64,000 nucleotides of DNA from Hyphomicrobiales bacterium (lineage in GTDB: Bacteria > Pseudomonadota > Alphaproteobacteria > Rhizobiales > JACESI01), in NCBI GenBank assembly GCA_039964305.1, contig JBDVXS010000142.1, positions 731 through 64,730 on the forward strand, given 5' to 3'. Below are positions 1 through 9,114 of this stretch, in pieces (positions within the stretch are counted from its first letter, which is position 1; every line of letters starts with the position of its first letter). The position numbers and the translations under genes are program-made. The notes beneath the pieces are model-generated. The model worked only from the letters and a program-made list of their open reading frames with translations. It ran no database searches and was not told where the DNA came from.

Positions 1-292
1 CCATCGCAGCCATGTTTGCAATTTTTGGGATCGGTTCGCCGTCATTGGGGAAGTCGAACGGATCAAGGGCCTCTGCACCTGACAGGGAGGCTGCATGCTT
101 CAAATCCCAACCTGCGCAAAAGGCACCGCCTTCGCCCCAGAACACAGCGACCTTTGCATCATCATCAGCATCGAACTTCAAAAAGGCATCGTATAGTGCG
201 ACTGCACTTTCCGGATCCATTGCATTGCGAGCCTCGGGTCGTGAATGAATGATTGTCCAAATAGGGCCCTCCTTTTCTACGCGGATGCTCAT
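1..292 (-). CDS. enoyl-CoA hydratase/isomerase (crotonase) family protein, N-terminal part only (gene runs off the window start)
   Basis: Absent from the ORF track because it is open at the window edge. Manual reverse-strand translation from the ATG at 292..290 gives MSIRVEKEGPIWTIIHSRPEARNAMDPESAVALYDAFLKFDADDDAKVAVFWGEGGAFCAGWDLK..., a typical crotonase N-terminus. The ATG directly follows the TGA stop (295..293) of the upstream ligase. Confidence 0.7.
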   Translation of the reverse strand, partial: MSIRVEKEGPIWTIIHSRPEARNAMDPESAVALYDAFLKFDADDDAKVAVFWGEGGAFCAGWDLKHAASLSGAEALDPFDFPNDGEPIPKIANMAAM

Positions 293-1915
293 TCAAAGAA
301 CCTCGCCGTAGCCGCCCGCAAGATACTGCTCCCGGATAGCGAATTTCTGTACTTTACCGGAGCCAGTCAGTGGGAACTCCGACACCTGCAACCAAACCGA
401 AGGGGTTTTTTGTGCCGACAGCTGAGCGCGACAATGGTCGCGCAGGTTGGTCACGTCTGGCGAAGAATCGGACAAGATGAAAGCGGCGATAATCTCTCCC
501 CATTTTTCATCAGGCAGGCCAACTACTGCAACTTGAGCAATGTCAGGATGTGATATCAGGGCAGCTTCAATCTCTGCCGGGAAATGGTTTTCACCGCCGC
601 GGATGATCATATCTTTTACACGGCCTGTAACGCGAATGAAGCCTTGTGCATCGAGTGTGCCCAGATCACCTGTATGAAGCCAACCATCTTTATCCACGGC
701 TGCTGCAGTAGCCTCTGGATTGTCATTGTATCCGATCATAACGGCATAAGAACGGACGCAAATTTCACCCACTTCACCAATTGGGAGGACCTGATTGTCT
801 TCGGGGGAGCGGATCGAAACTTCTGTTTGCGGAAGGGGTTGGCCTGCGGTTTCAACAATTTGCTCAAGCGTTGCTTCTACCGGGTTCAAGCTGATCATCG
901 GACAATGCTCAGTTTGCCCAAAAGCAGACAATAGATGGCAATCAAGGCGGTCTCGTACCCGGCGAACAAGATCAGGAGGAACGGGTGCTCCGCCGGTTGT
1001 AATCACTTCCAATGAAGACATATCGCGAGGCGTCTTCTCCAGGGATTCAAGAAGATTGAACAACATGGTCGGCACCGCAAAACAAGTGGTGACGCCTTGC
1101 TCCTCAATCAATTTGGCAAATATGTCCGCATCAAACCGCTTGATGAGCAGCATTTTGCATGCGGCCTGGAGACAACCCAAAGAACTGGTTGCACAACCTG
1201 CCGTGTGAAACAGCGGCATGAAATTAGCCCAGACAGAGTGCGGTCCTACTTGCTTACGATCGCAGTAGAGCCTTGCATTGTTCACCAAACCCTGGTGACT
1301 TAAGACAGCGCCTTTTGGGAAGCCGGTTGTCCCCGAAGTGTATTGAATTTGGGCAGGATCATCCGGCTTTACCTGAGGGAGCTTTGCCTCCCTGTTGCCC
1401 GATGCATAGAGGGCGGTCTCGTCTTCAAGATTGATAAATTCCCTGAGCCTTGCATTATCCTTGATTGCTTCATTGGCTATCGCCAGCATGGGATTGCCAC
1501 GATATTCCGCCACATAGAAAAGACCCACCGCGCCTGACTGTTCAACGACATAGGCAAGTTCTTTTGCCTGAAATGACGGATTGGCTGTGACAAGAATCAA
1601 CCCAGCCAGCGCACAGGCATATTCCATGAATATCCATTGCGGGATATTGGGTGCCCAGACGACAACTTTCTCTCCTTGTTCGAAACGTGTTGAAAGAGCG
1701 TATGCGAGACGTTCTGCCTCTTTCAAAAGTTCCGCATAGGTCCATTGCTGGCCGCAACTACCATCGTCCGCAACATCCACCATCGCGACGGCATTTCCAT
1801 GAGATTCTGCGATATCTCGTAGTAAGGCCCCGACCGTTGTATCAAACAAGGCTGCATCGGTATGTTTGGGGAAGAGGGATATTGTCAGGTTGGCGTCGTA
1901 CATGCGTATTCCCAA
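293..1915 (-). CDS. AMP-dependent acyl-CoA synthetase/ligase
   Basis: 540-aa ORF with the AMP-binding signature YTSGTTGFPKGAVLSH, a later TGDLG...GRVKDMIIRGGEN segment and a C-terminal GKVQK. The ORF begins with TTG at 1915. An in-frame ATG at 1903 (MYDANLT...) is an alternative start. Confidence 0.85.
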   Translation of the reverse strand: MGIRMYDANLTISLFPKHTDAALFDTTVGALLRDIAESHGNAVAMVDVADDGSCGQQWTYAELLKEAERLAYALSTRFEQGEKVVVWAPNIPQWIFMEYACALAGLILVTANPSFQAKELAYVVEQSGAVGLFYVAEYRGNPMLAIANEAIKDNARLREFINLEDETALYASGNREAKLPQVKPDDPAQIQYTSGTTGFPKGAVLSHQGLVNNARLYCDRKQVGPHSVWANFMPLFHTAGCATSSLGCLQAACKMLLIKRFDADIFAKLIEEQGVTTCFAVPTMLFNLLESLEKTPRDMSSLEVITTGGAPVPPDLVRRVRDRLDCHLLSAFGQTEHCPMISLNPVEATLEQIVETAGQPLPQTEVSIRSPEDNQVLPIGEVGEICVRSYAVMIGYNDNPEATAAAVDKDGWLHTGDLGTLDAQGFIRVTGRVKDMIIRGGENHFPAEIEAALISHPDIAQVAVVGLPDEKWGEIIAAFILSDSSPDVTNLRDHCRAQLSAQKTPSVWLQVSEFPLTGSGKVQKFAIREQYLAGGYGEVL

Positions 1916-3127
1916 CTATTCCGCGGCTACTGAACGAGTGGGAATATCTATCAGCTTTCCTCGAGGAATTAGGCGCTCGGCATCATACATGGGCAGCGTA
2001 CAAAGTTCCGCGCTACACGTTGATCCATCGGTGGTCTCTACTTCAACGTTTGTTCCTGGCCCCCGCGCGGGATCGTCCATACGAACAATACACACCCCGC
2101 ATTCCTGGTAGGGCGAATAGCTGGATGAGCAAACGCGCCCCACTTCTTTACCATCAATCGTGATGCTCCGGCCCAATTGTGCGATGCCACCGCTTACGCG
2201 CATACCCCAGGTTCGACAGGATTTGTCAGCCTTCTCCAGCGCTTTGCGGCCAATAAATTCACGATCATCAAATTCCACAAACGCACCAAGCCCGGCTTCA
2301 AAGGGTGTCGTTTCCGCACCAAAATCTGAGCCTGCGTTCAGTAAGCCGGCTTCAATCCGGCGGGCTCTGAAAACCGGCGTGCCAGTCAGCAGGAGATCAA
2401 ACCCCTTGCCCACATCCATTATCCGGTCGCCGATGGCCCGAACGTCTGTATCGGGAAGCAGATATATCTCCCAGCCTAACTCGTTGGTGAAGCCGGATCG
2501 GCTGATCCAGCAGGTCTGGCCTGCTATCGAAACTTCCGCACAATCGAAATAGCGAAACGGGTCTGGCATCGCTCCATCAAGCACAGCATCTAAAAGTTCA
2601 AGTGAGCGTGGCCCTTGAATTTGGCTGACCCAGACATTTGGATCGTGAATCCGTACATTCAGCCCCTCGGCATGAGCCTTGTACCAGCTGAACAAATCCC
2701 CATCAGCCTGAGCCATCCAGAAACGGTCTTCGGCCAGGCGCAACAAGATGCCATCTGTAATCATTCCACCATCGTGATAACAGGCAAACTGATAAGAGCA
2801 TCGGCCCGGTTTAACCTTGCTTACATTGCGCGTGAAAACCTTGTTGAGGAGTGCTTCTGCATCAGGGCCGCTGATCTCTATTGGAAGCTCGCCCGTATGA
2901 CGGAAGATGACATTGGTGCGCACCGCCCAATACATTTCATCTTCAGTTGCGTGACTAAGGTACTCCGGTGTGAGGCGTGAATTGTACAGCGTGTACTCAG
3001 GATCAAACGGTAATTCCATATAGCTCAGAGGATGGGGAGGCATGGTTCGAGCCAGTTCCCGAGGACGCGCCCCTGTGTTTGAAATGGCTTTGGCAGAAAA
3101 TCTGAATTGGGAGAGTTCATACGTCAT
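1916..3127 (-). CDS. aminomethyltransferase (GcvT/glycine-cleavage T) family protein, probable folate-dependent demethylase
   Basis: The layout matches the GcvT/DmdA/LigM fold family. Recognisable segments are ...IEISGPDAEALLNKVFT..., DGGMITDGILLRLAEDRFWM, SRSGFTNELGWEIY and RIEAGLLNAGSDF. The maximal ORF starts at GTG 3136 and the first ATG is at 3127. The stop TAG (1918..1916) abuts the ligase ORF. Confidence 0.8.
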   Translation of the reverse strand: MTYELSQFRFSAKAISNTGARPRELARTMPPHPLSYMELPFDPEYTLYNSRLTPEYLSHATEDEMYWAVRTNVIFRHTGELPIEISGPDAEALLNKVFTRNVSKVKPGRCSYQFACYHDGGMITDGILLRLAEDRFWMAQADGDLFSWYKAHAEGLNVRIHDPNVWVSQIQGPRSLELLDAVLDGAMPDPFRYFDCAEVSIAGQTCWISRSGFTNELGWEIYLLPDTDVRAIGDRIMDVGKGFDLLLTGTPVFRARRIEAGLLNAGSDFGAETTPFEAGLGAFVEFDDREFIGRKALEKADKSCRTWGMRVSGGIAQLGRSITIDGKEVGRVCSSSYSPYQECGVCIVRMDDPARGPGTNVEVETTDGSTCSAELCTLPMYDAERLIPRGKLIDIPTRSVAAE

Positions 3128-3228
3128 GGCAAACACCGTTCTATTATTTTTGACATAAATGGAGAATTACTCTGCAATCTCATTCGATATTTGAAGATAT
3201 TTCGCTCAACTGTTCACCGTCAAACTCA

Positions 3229-3255
3229 ATTATTTGCACAATTCGTTCAAATAAT
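3229..3255. promoter_or_regulatory. candidate LysR-type operator (inverted repeat ATTATTTG-N11-CAAATAAT)
   Basis: Perfect 8-bp arms are separated by 11 nt. The site lies in the divergent intergenic region 14 nt upstream of the LysR start. Its geometry resembles the T-N11-A LysR box. Confidence 0.35.
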
Positions 3256-3268
3256 TTAAACAATTTTG

Positions 3269-4138
3269 ATGCAATTCCGTTCCTACGACGCCCTTAAAAC
3301 CTTCGACGTTGTCGCACAGCATCTCTCCATGACAATTGCTGCGGACATACTGAACCAATCGAAGGGATCGATCAGCTATCAGATCAACAAACTCGAAAAT
3401 GAACTTGGGTTGGAATTGTTTATCCGCGCCAATGCGCGGCTAATCCTGACAGATGCAGGCCGAAGACTATGGCACGTCTCCCAGAACGCTCTTGGTCAAA
3501 TAGATCGGGAAATAACAAACCTGAAGTCATCACCAGCGCACAGCATTACGATCGGTGCTTTGACCTATTTTTCCTCAAGATGGTTATCATCGCGCCTAAC
3601 CCGGTTCTTTGAAACAAATCCAGGTATCAGTTTGCGAATTGAGCCAATCAATTCAGTTGACGCACTAAAAAACACCGAAGTCGATCTGGCAGTAATCTGG
3701 GGCTTTGATGATTGGCCAAGATACAGCAGTGAAAGATTGATACATCTTCCCGCGTCTCCAACTGCCAACAAGGAAGTGTCTGAGAAAATAGAGACGGTTG
3801 GCCTGTCTCAAGCCCTAAAGACAATTCCACTTCTCGGTGACAGTTCCGGTGATGCGGGTTGGCGGGCATGGCATGAGGCTGCCGGACTGTCATATGAGCC
3901 AAGCCCATCCAGTCTGACTATTCCTGATTCAAACAGCCGGGTACAGGCCGTCATTGACGGTCAGGGAATTGCCCTTTGGGATGATTTGGTATTTCCAGAA
4001 ATCGAAGCGGGCAAGTTGGTCAGGGTTTCAGATGTTTCCTTATCAAGTGCCGGATACTACTTAGTTGAAAATTCGAAGCCACCAACTCCTGCCGCGCTGG
4101 CTTTCCTGAACTGGTTGAAGTCGGAAATATCTGGCTGA
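3269..4138 (+). CDS. LysR family transcriptional regulator (GcvA-like)
   Basis: The N-terminal wHTH is LKTFDVVAQHLSMTIAADILNQSKGSISYQINKLENELGLELFIR, followed by a LysR substrate-binding domain. It is divergent from the GcvT-ligase operon. The track ORF starts at TTG 3266, with an ATG at 3269. Confidence 0.85.
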   Translation: MQFRSYDALKTFDVVAQHLSMTIAADILNQSKGSISYQINKLENELGLELFIRANARLILTDAGRRLWHVSQNALGQIDREITNLKSSPAHSITIGALTYFSSRWLSSRLTRFFETNPGISLRIEPINSVDALKNTEVDLAVIWGFDDWPRYSSERLIHLPASPTANKEVSEKIETVGLSQALKTIPLLGDSSGDAGWRAWHEAAGLSYEPSPSSLTIPDSNSRVQAVIDGQGIALWDDLVFPEIEAGKLVRVSDVSLSSAGYYLVENSKPPTPAALAFLNWLKSEISG

Positions 4139-4349
4139 CCAGCGACATGAAATTTTTGTCCGCAATGGGCTCAAAGCAGTCATCCACCCCCTTCAAACCC
4201 AGTTGTCTGACTACTTCCATCCATAATCTCCCCAAAACGAGTGACCCGATGGTGACCGAGGACCCCATGTGAAAGTGTGACCAGACATCGAATAGGTAAC
4301 AAAATACCGTCTAAGGCATTGAAAAATATACCAGAAAATCTCAAGAAAA

Positions 4350-4426
4350 TGGCGCGCTCGGGAAGATTCGAACTCCCGACCCCTAGATTCGTAGTCTAGT
4401 GCTCTATCCAGCTGAGCTACGAGCGC
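4350..4426 (-). tRNA. tRNA-Arg (anticodon ACG)
   Basis: The reverse complement folds by eye as GCGCTCG-TA-GCTC-AGCTGGATA-GAGC-A-CTAGA-CTACGAA-TCTAG-GGGTC-GGGAG-TTCGAAT-CTTCC-CGAGCGC-G-CCA. The acceptor stem is 7 bp, a T-loop TTCGAAT is present, the anticodon loop is CT-ACG-AA and the CCA is encoded. Confidence 0.9.
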
Positions 4427-4579
4427 GTCTTGACCTATTCGGTCTTGAGGTTGCGAACGTTTGACGTTGGCAACAGTCCTGCACGGATTAATGCTTTCAA
4501 TGGGGAAAAGCAACCCGCTTTTTTCAAAGAGTTGCTATTCTTTCAAAACTTCTGCGTTTCGTCGTTAATTGGAGCCAAA

Positions 4580-6100
4580 TTAACGGTCAGGAATAATGAT
4601 TTCGAAGCTTGCGCCGGGGCTATCTTTTTCAAGCAGCTTGATGGTGCCGCCATGGGCTGTGACGATCTCGTGGGCAATGGCAAGGCCGAGGCCCGTGCCG
4701 CCTTTTGAGAACGATCCTTTGAAGGCCTCAAACATATGTACTTTGGCGCGTTCTGGAATGCCGGGGCCTGTATCTTCAACAAGAATTTGTGTGGCGCCGT
4801 TTTCTTTGTGCGCTTTGATGCAGAGGCGTTTTACGACAGCATCATTGTCCATCGCCTCAAGTTCTTTCACCGCATTGCGCGATAAGTTCATAAGCACTCT
4901 AAAAATTTGTTCTGGGTCGGCATCAAATTCCAAGTCTTTTGGAACACGGTTATTCCATTTGATGGTTTTATGGTCGTCAACTTCAAGCAAGGATGCGAGT
5001 TCTTGAACAAGATCGTGAAGGTTGACGAGTTGCCGTTTGGGGTCTTCTTCGCGGGCACTGCCATAGACAAGCGTGGATTGGCAATATCCGATAGCCCGAT
5101 CAATCCCGGCAATCAGTTTAGGGGCGAAGCGTTGCACTTCTGGGTCTGGCAGTGAGGTCAAGCGGTCGGAGATCAATTGGACGGAGGCCAATATATTGCG
5201 TAGGTCGTGGTTTACCTTGGAAACGGCGAGCCCGAGATTTGCCAGATGCTTTTGGCTTGAAAGCGTGCCTTGAAGTTCTTTTTGCATGCTGCACAAAACG
5301 TATTCAGCAACGCCTAGCTCATCAGAACGGTTTGATGGTTCGATGACATTGTCTTTAGCTTCGGGGTTTTGCGAAAAGGCCACCATATTGTTCGCAATGT
5401 TACGAATAGGGCGCACGAACAAGATGCTGAGCGCTAAATAGACCATGGCTGCGGTGAGCAAAGAAATAATCAAAGATAAGATCATCACGTTGCGTGTGTA
5501 GGTTAGCATTGCTGCACGAAGCGGCTCTTCTAAGGCGATTACTTCGAAAAGCTGGTTGCTTCCAGGTGGCGAGCCGCGAACCAGTATAGAGCGTGGTTGA
5601 GGGGTTAGGAGTGTATCCACCGCATCGCGAATAGATTGGAAAGCACCTGTTTCATTGACGTCAAATTGGCCACCCATTTCTGAGGTGTCGTGCTCGAGCA
5701 TCGCAACCAATTGGCGGCGGCCATCTTGCTTTTGGGCCAGTGTTACAACGTCGAAACTTCGAAGGGCCGCTTCCATACGGCTGTTTTCCTCACGCGTTCG
5801 CGTGACATCCGCGTCACCGCTACTTTCACCTTGATATAGCAACAAAACAGTCTGGGCGCGGGTGAGGCGATCTGTCAGCCAATCATTGCGGAATTTAGCA
5901 ACGGACGGCAAGAAGACAAAGATCTCGCTCAACATAACAAAGCCCATAGTCAGCAAAAGGAGCTTGGTCGATAAACCGCTAAAACGGACCTTTTTCCTTG
6001 AAGCGAGAGTTTGGGCAAGCGGCGTTGGGCTCTCGCTTGTTGCGAGGGCTGCTTCTGATGTGGAGCGCTGAATGAGCTCGTGATCAGGTTGCTCGTTCAA
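4580..6100 (-). CDS. membrane sensor histidine kinase (no adjacent response regulator)
   Basis: The H-box is VSKVNHDLRNILASV, the N-box is RVLMNLSRNAVKE and the G-boxes are EDTGPGIP and GGTGLGLAIAHEIVTAHGG. Two hydrophobic segments flank a periplasmic-type region of about 150 aa. Confidence 0.85.
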   Translation of the reverse strand: MNEQPDHELIQRSTSEAALATSESPTPLAQTLASRKKVRFSGLSTKLLLLTMGFVMLSEIFVFLPSVAKFRNDWLTDRLTRAQTVLLLYQGESSGDADVTRTREENSRMEAALRSFDVVTLAQKQDGRRQLVAMLEHDTSEMGGQFDVNETGAFQSIRDAVDTLLTPQPRSILVRGSPPGSNQLFEVIALEEPLRAAMLTYTRNVMILSLIISLLTAAMVYLALSILFVRPIRNIANNMVAFSQNPEAKDNVIEPSNRSDELGVAEYVLCSMQKELQGTLSSQKHLANLGLAVSKVNHDLRNILASVQLISDRLTSLPDPEVQRFAPKLIAGIDRAIGYCQSTLVYGSAREEDPKRQLVNLHDLVQELASLLEVDDHKTIKWNNRVPKDLEFDADPEQIFRVLMNLSRNAVKELEAMDNDAVVKRLCIKAHKENGATQILVEDTGPGIPERAKVHMFEAFKGSFSKGGTGLGLAIAHEIVTAHGGTIKLLEKDSPGASFEIIIPDR

Positions 6101-6215
6101 CAGGAACTCCTCGGTGCCGGTGCAGTTATTGCAGAGTGTATCATTTTAAAGCCAAGCTGTGATAATTCAAACAAAAGATGGTAACTTTTACGATATGGAG
6201 TGTTAGGCCTGCCTG

Positions 6216-7643
6216 TTACCCAAAGATGCGTAGGAAGCGAACAAGTTTCTTGAGCCACCATTTTCCTAACATCGGTTTGTAAAACTCGGTTGAGGCGCGT
6301 TTGCCAATTTCGGTCATGGTTGGATAAGGCGGCACATAGCCTGTCATGGCGCTAACTTTCATGCCTTGCGACACGGCAAGCGTCCAAATGTTAATCATTT
6401 CTGATGCCCCATGCCCAACAATACCGGCGCCCAAAATCACGCCTTTCTTATTGGTGATCACTTTAATCAGGCCGCTGGTTTTGCGTTCCGCTTGTGCTCG
6501 GTCATTTTCCACATAAGGCCATCGTAAAACGCGAATGTCTTTGTGCTTTTGCTGAGCTTCGGCTTCCGTGTAACCAACATTGGCCATTTCAGGATCGACA
6601 AAAGTCGCCCATGGCATGACATGACTATTTTCTTTTGCGCCCGCTCTAAACAAGATCGAGCGGATAACAAGACCGGCATGATAGCCAGCAACGTGCGTAA
6701 ATTGAAGGCCACCAGCAACATCACCAATGGCGTAGACGCGTTTATTGGTAGAACGCATTTTAGCGTCAACCGTAATGCCGCGTCGGTCAAAATCGATGTT
6801 CGCTTTTTCAAGATCAAGGCTTGCAACATTTGCTTTGCGGCCTGTCGCCACCAATAAATGAGAGCCTGAAATCGTAATCTCTAAGCCATCTCGTTCAGCA
6901 ATTACATCTACGCCACCTTCAACAGAAGGCTCTAAGCGAACAACTTTCGTGTGCTCATGGATGTCGACGCCTTCTTGCTTAATGTGATCAAGAGCAACGG
7001 CGGCAAGCTCTGGGTCCGATTGCGCTAAGCTGCGGGCGGCTTCGATAACCGTTACTTTGCAGCCAAGACGGCGATGGGCTTGTGCCATTTCCATGCCGAT
7101 TGGACCCGCACCAATAACGATAAGATGCTCGGGTCTTTCGGTGGTTTCAAACAGGTTTTCATTGGTGAGGTATTCAACGTTCTCGATGCCTGGTATTGGC
7201 GGCACGAAAGCGGACGACCCAGTAGAAACCACAAAACGACGTGCTTTAATTTCATATTTGCCAGCAATCACTGTTTTGCTGTCTTGAAAGCGTGCTGCTT
7301 CCGTAATCACGCGCACGCCAAGCCCAGTAAAGCGCTCAACGGAATCGTTTGGCGCAATGGCTGCGATAACGCTGTGAACATGGTCATGGACTTTTTGAAA
7401 GTCGACTTCAGGTTCTTTAGCCGTAATGCCGAACTTTTCAGATTGACGAAATGTTTCAGCGATTTTGCCCGATGCAATCATCGCTTTGGATGGGACGCAC
7501 CCATAGTTAAGGCAATCGCCGCCCATCTTGTCTTTTTCGATCAAAACAACGGAAACACCGAAGGCGGCAGCTGCCGCGGCTACGCTAAGGCCACCTGAGC
7601 CAGCACCAATTACACAAATGTCTGGTTTTAATAGTTCAGTCAT
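6216..7643 (-). CDS. FAD-dependent pyridine nucleotide-disulfide oxidoreductase (class I, MerA/dihydrolipoamide dehydrogenase-like)
   Basis: The FAD-binding fold is DICVIGAGSGG and the redox-active disulfide is GGDCLNYGCVPSK. An NAD(P) fold (LIVIGAGPIGMEMA) and a dimerisation domain ending in ...PPYPTMTE are also present. Confidence 0.85.
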   Translation of the reverse strand: MTELLKPDICVIGAGSGGLSVAAAAAAFGVSVVLIEKDKMGGDCLNYGCVPSKAMIASGKIAETFRQSEKFGITAKEPEVDFQKVHDHVHSVIAAIAPNDSVERFTGLGVRVITEAARFQDSKTVIAGKYEIKARRFVVSTGSSAFVPPIPGIENVEYLTNENLFETTERPEHLIVIGAGPIGMEMAQAHRRLGCKVTVIEAARSLAQSDPELAAVALDHIKQEGVDIHEHTKVVRLEPSVEGGVDVIAERDGLEITISGSHLLVATGRKANVASLDLEKANIDFDRRGITVDAKMRSTNKRVYAIGDVAGGLQFTHVAGYHAGLVIRSILFRAGAKENSHVMPWATFVDPEMANVGYTEAEAQQKHKDIRVLRWPYVENDRAQAERKTSGLIKVITNKKGVILGAGIVGHGASEMINIWTLAVSQGMKVSAMTGYVPPYPTMTEIGKRASTEFYKPMLGKWWLKKLVRFLRIFG

Positions 7644-7727
7644 CTAACTTCTCAATTATTGAAAATGAAACTCTGTGAGTCTACTCGCACTGAGAGCTTT
7701 AAGGGTAAATTGGATACGGCGTCAAAT

Positions 7728-8483
7728 TTACGACGCTGTATCACCAGCCTTATTTTTACGATTGCGAACATATTTTACAATCAATGGCACCACTGAGGCG
7801 ATCGCAAGCGCTGCTAAGCCAAGCGTCACATTGGTTACGATGTTGGAGTCTTTTTCAAAGCTTGTACCAACCTGCTCGCCGATGAATGAATAGGCATAGG
7901 TGCCTGGAATAATGCCTAGGAAGGTTGCCAAGGCGTAACGGCCAAGGTCCATGCCGAAAAAGGCAGGGGCAAGGTTGGTAATCCAAAATGGCACCACAGG
8001 CGCGAGGCGCAGGGTCAAAAGATAGTTGAAAGCATCTTTTTGAAAGCCATCACGAAGCTTAGACATACGCGGGCCCGCTTTTTCAGCAAGGAAGTCACCG
8101 AGCGATGTTTTCGCGATAAGGAAGATAATTGACGCGCCAATTGTTGCGCCAATAATTGTCAGTGTTCCACCAACAGCCCAGCCGAAAATTGCACCACCAG
8201 CAATTGTTAAAAAGCTCGCCCCTGGAAATGAGACGGAAACGGCGACGATGTAGATAATGAGATAAGCAGCCATTGCGACAACAAAATTATCTTGGACGAA
8301 GCCATCAAGCAGCGCTTTGTTGTCAGACAAAGTGTCGAGCGACAGGTATTTATGAACACCTGAAAAATATCCAGCAAGGAGCAAGGCGGCAATCACAGCC
8401 AACGGTGCAAGGCGCTTCATCAAGCTACTAGAATTTCCCGCATTAGGTTGGTTCGAAGCTGTGTTATCCATAGCCATATCCAA
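7728..8483 (-). CDS. TVP38/TMEM64 (DedA/SNARE-associated) family membrane protein
   Basis: A polytopic membrane protein of about 250 aa with a glycine-rich re-entrant-type segment (FPGASFLTIAGGAIFG) typical of the DedA/TVP38 family. It lies 84 nt upstream of, and co-oriented with, the flavoprotein gene. Confidence 0.75.
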   Translation of the reverse strand: MDMAMDNTASNQPNAGNSSSLMKRLAPLAVIAALLLAGYFSGVHKYLSLDTLSDNKALLDGFVQDNFVVAMAAYLIIYIVAVSVSFPGASFLTIAGGAIFGWAVGGTLTIIGATIGASIIFLIAKTSLGDFLAEKAGPRMSKLRDGFQKDAFNYLLTLRLAPVVPFWITNLAPAFFGMDLGRYALATFLGIIPGTYAYSFIGEQVGTSFEKDSNIVTNVTLGLAALAIASVVPLIVKYVRNRKNKAGDTAS

Positions 8484-8769
8484 GTTTGCTCCAATTTGTA
8501 TTGTTCGTGATCGGCATGTTGTCGCAATAAGCGGTTTCTAACATTGCCCACTGTTTTATCTGTGTTGTTGATATTTATATAGGGGTAATTCTAAACAGCG
8601 AGCAAACAAAAGTACGGTTTGACGAACATGTTATCTGAGTGGTTTTTGGATCACGAGCGCGTGACCAAATTACGTGAGTGAGTACCAAAGGATCAAACGT
8701 ATCGTGTAAAAGGTGTAAACGGGCTGATTGTTTTGGTAGATTTCATGGCGCATTCTAGTCTGATAGACA

Positions 8770-8798
8770 TTGACTTTACCGCTACATTCAATCTATAT
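8770..8798 (+). promoter_or_regulatory. candidate sigma-70 promoter for rpmH (TTGACT-N17-CTATAT)
   Basis: This matches the alphaproteobacterial housekeeping consensus CTTGAC-N17-CTATAT and sits about 125 nt upstream of the rpmH ATG. It is a sequence match only. Confidence 0.3.
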
Positions 8799-8924
8799 GC
8801 CGCCATATCCAAAACGCGGGTAATGAAGACGTTGGCAAGAAGAAGCTTCAATTAGCAGTTTTCTTGTGAATTCGCCAACCCGCTTTAAAAAGTTGAGGCC
8901 TGTGATACATCGCAGGAAAATCTG

Positions 8925-9059
8925 ATGAAACGTACATTTCAGCCAAGTAATCTTGTTCGTAAACGCCGCCACGGTTTTCGTGCGCGCAAAGCAACCGTCG
9001 GTGGACGCGCTATTCTTGCTGCTCGCCGTGCAAAGGGCCGCAAAAAGCTTTCAGCTTAA
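8925..9059 (+). CDS. rpmH: 50S ribosomal protein L34
   Basis: Too short for the ORF track. Manual translation gives [44 protein letters not shown], the canonical L34 sequence. It is followed by rnpA as in most bacteria. Confidence 0.95.
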   Translation: MKRTFQPSNLVRKRRHGFRARKATVGGRAILAARRAKGRKKLSA

Positions 9060-9114
9060 CGCGAGTTTAAGGGTGTAACCGTTGGTCGCCACCCACGCAT
9101 TTTCATTAAATGTG

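Noticed and set aside
4139-4349. Non-coding stretch next to tRNA-Arg, checked as a possible integration scar, att site or integrase remnant
   Set aside because: It contains only short, compositionally implausible ORFs. I could see no repeat of the tRNA 3' end, and there are no integrase-like motifs.
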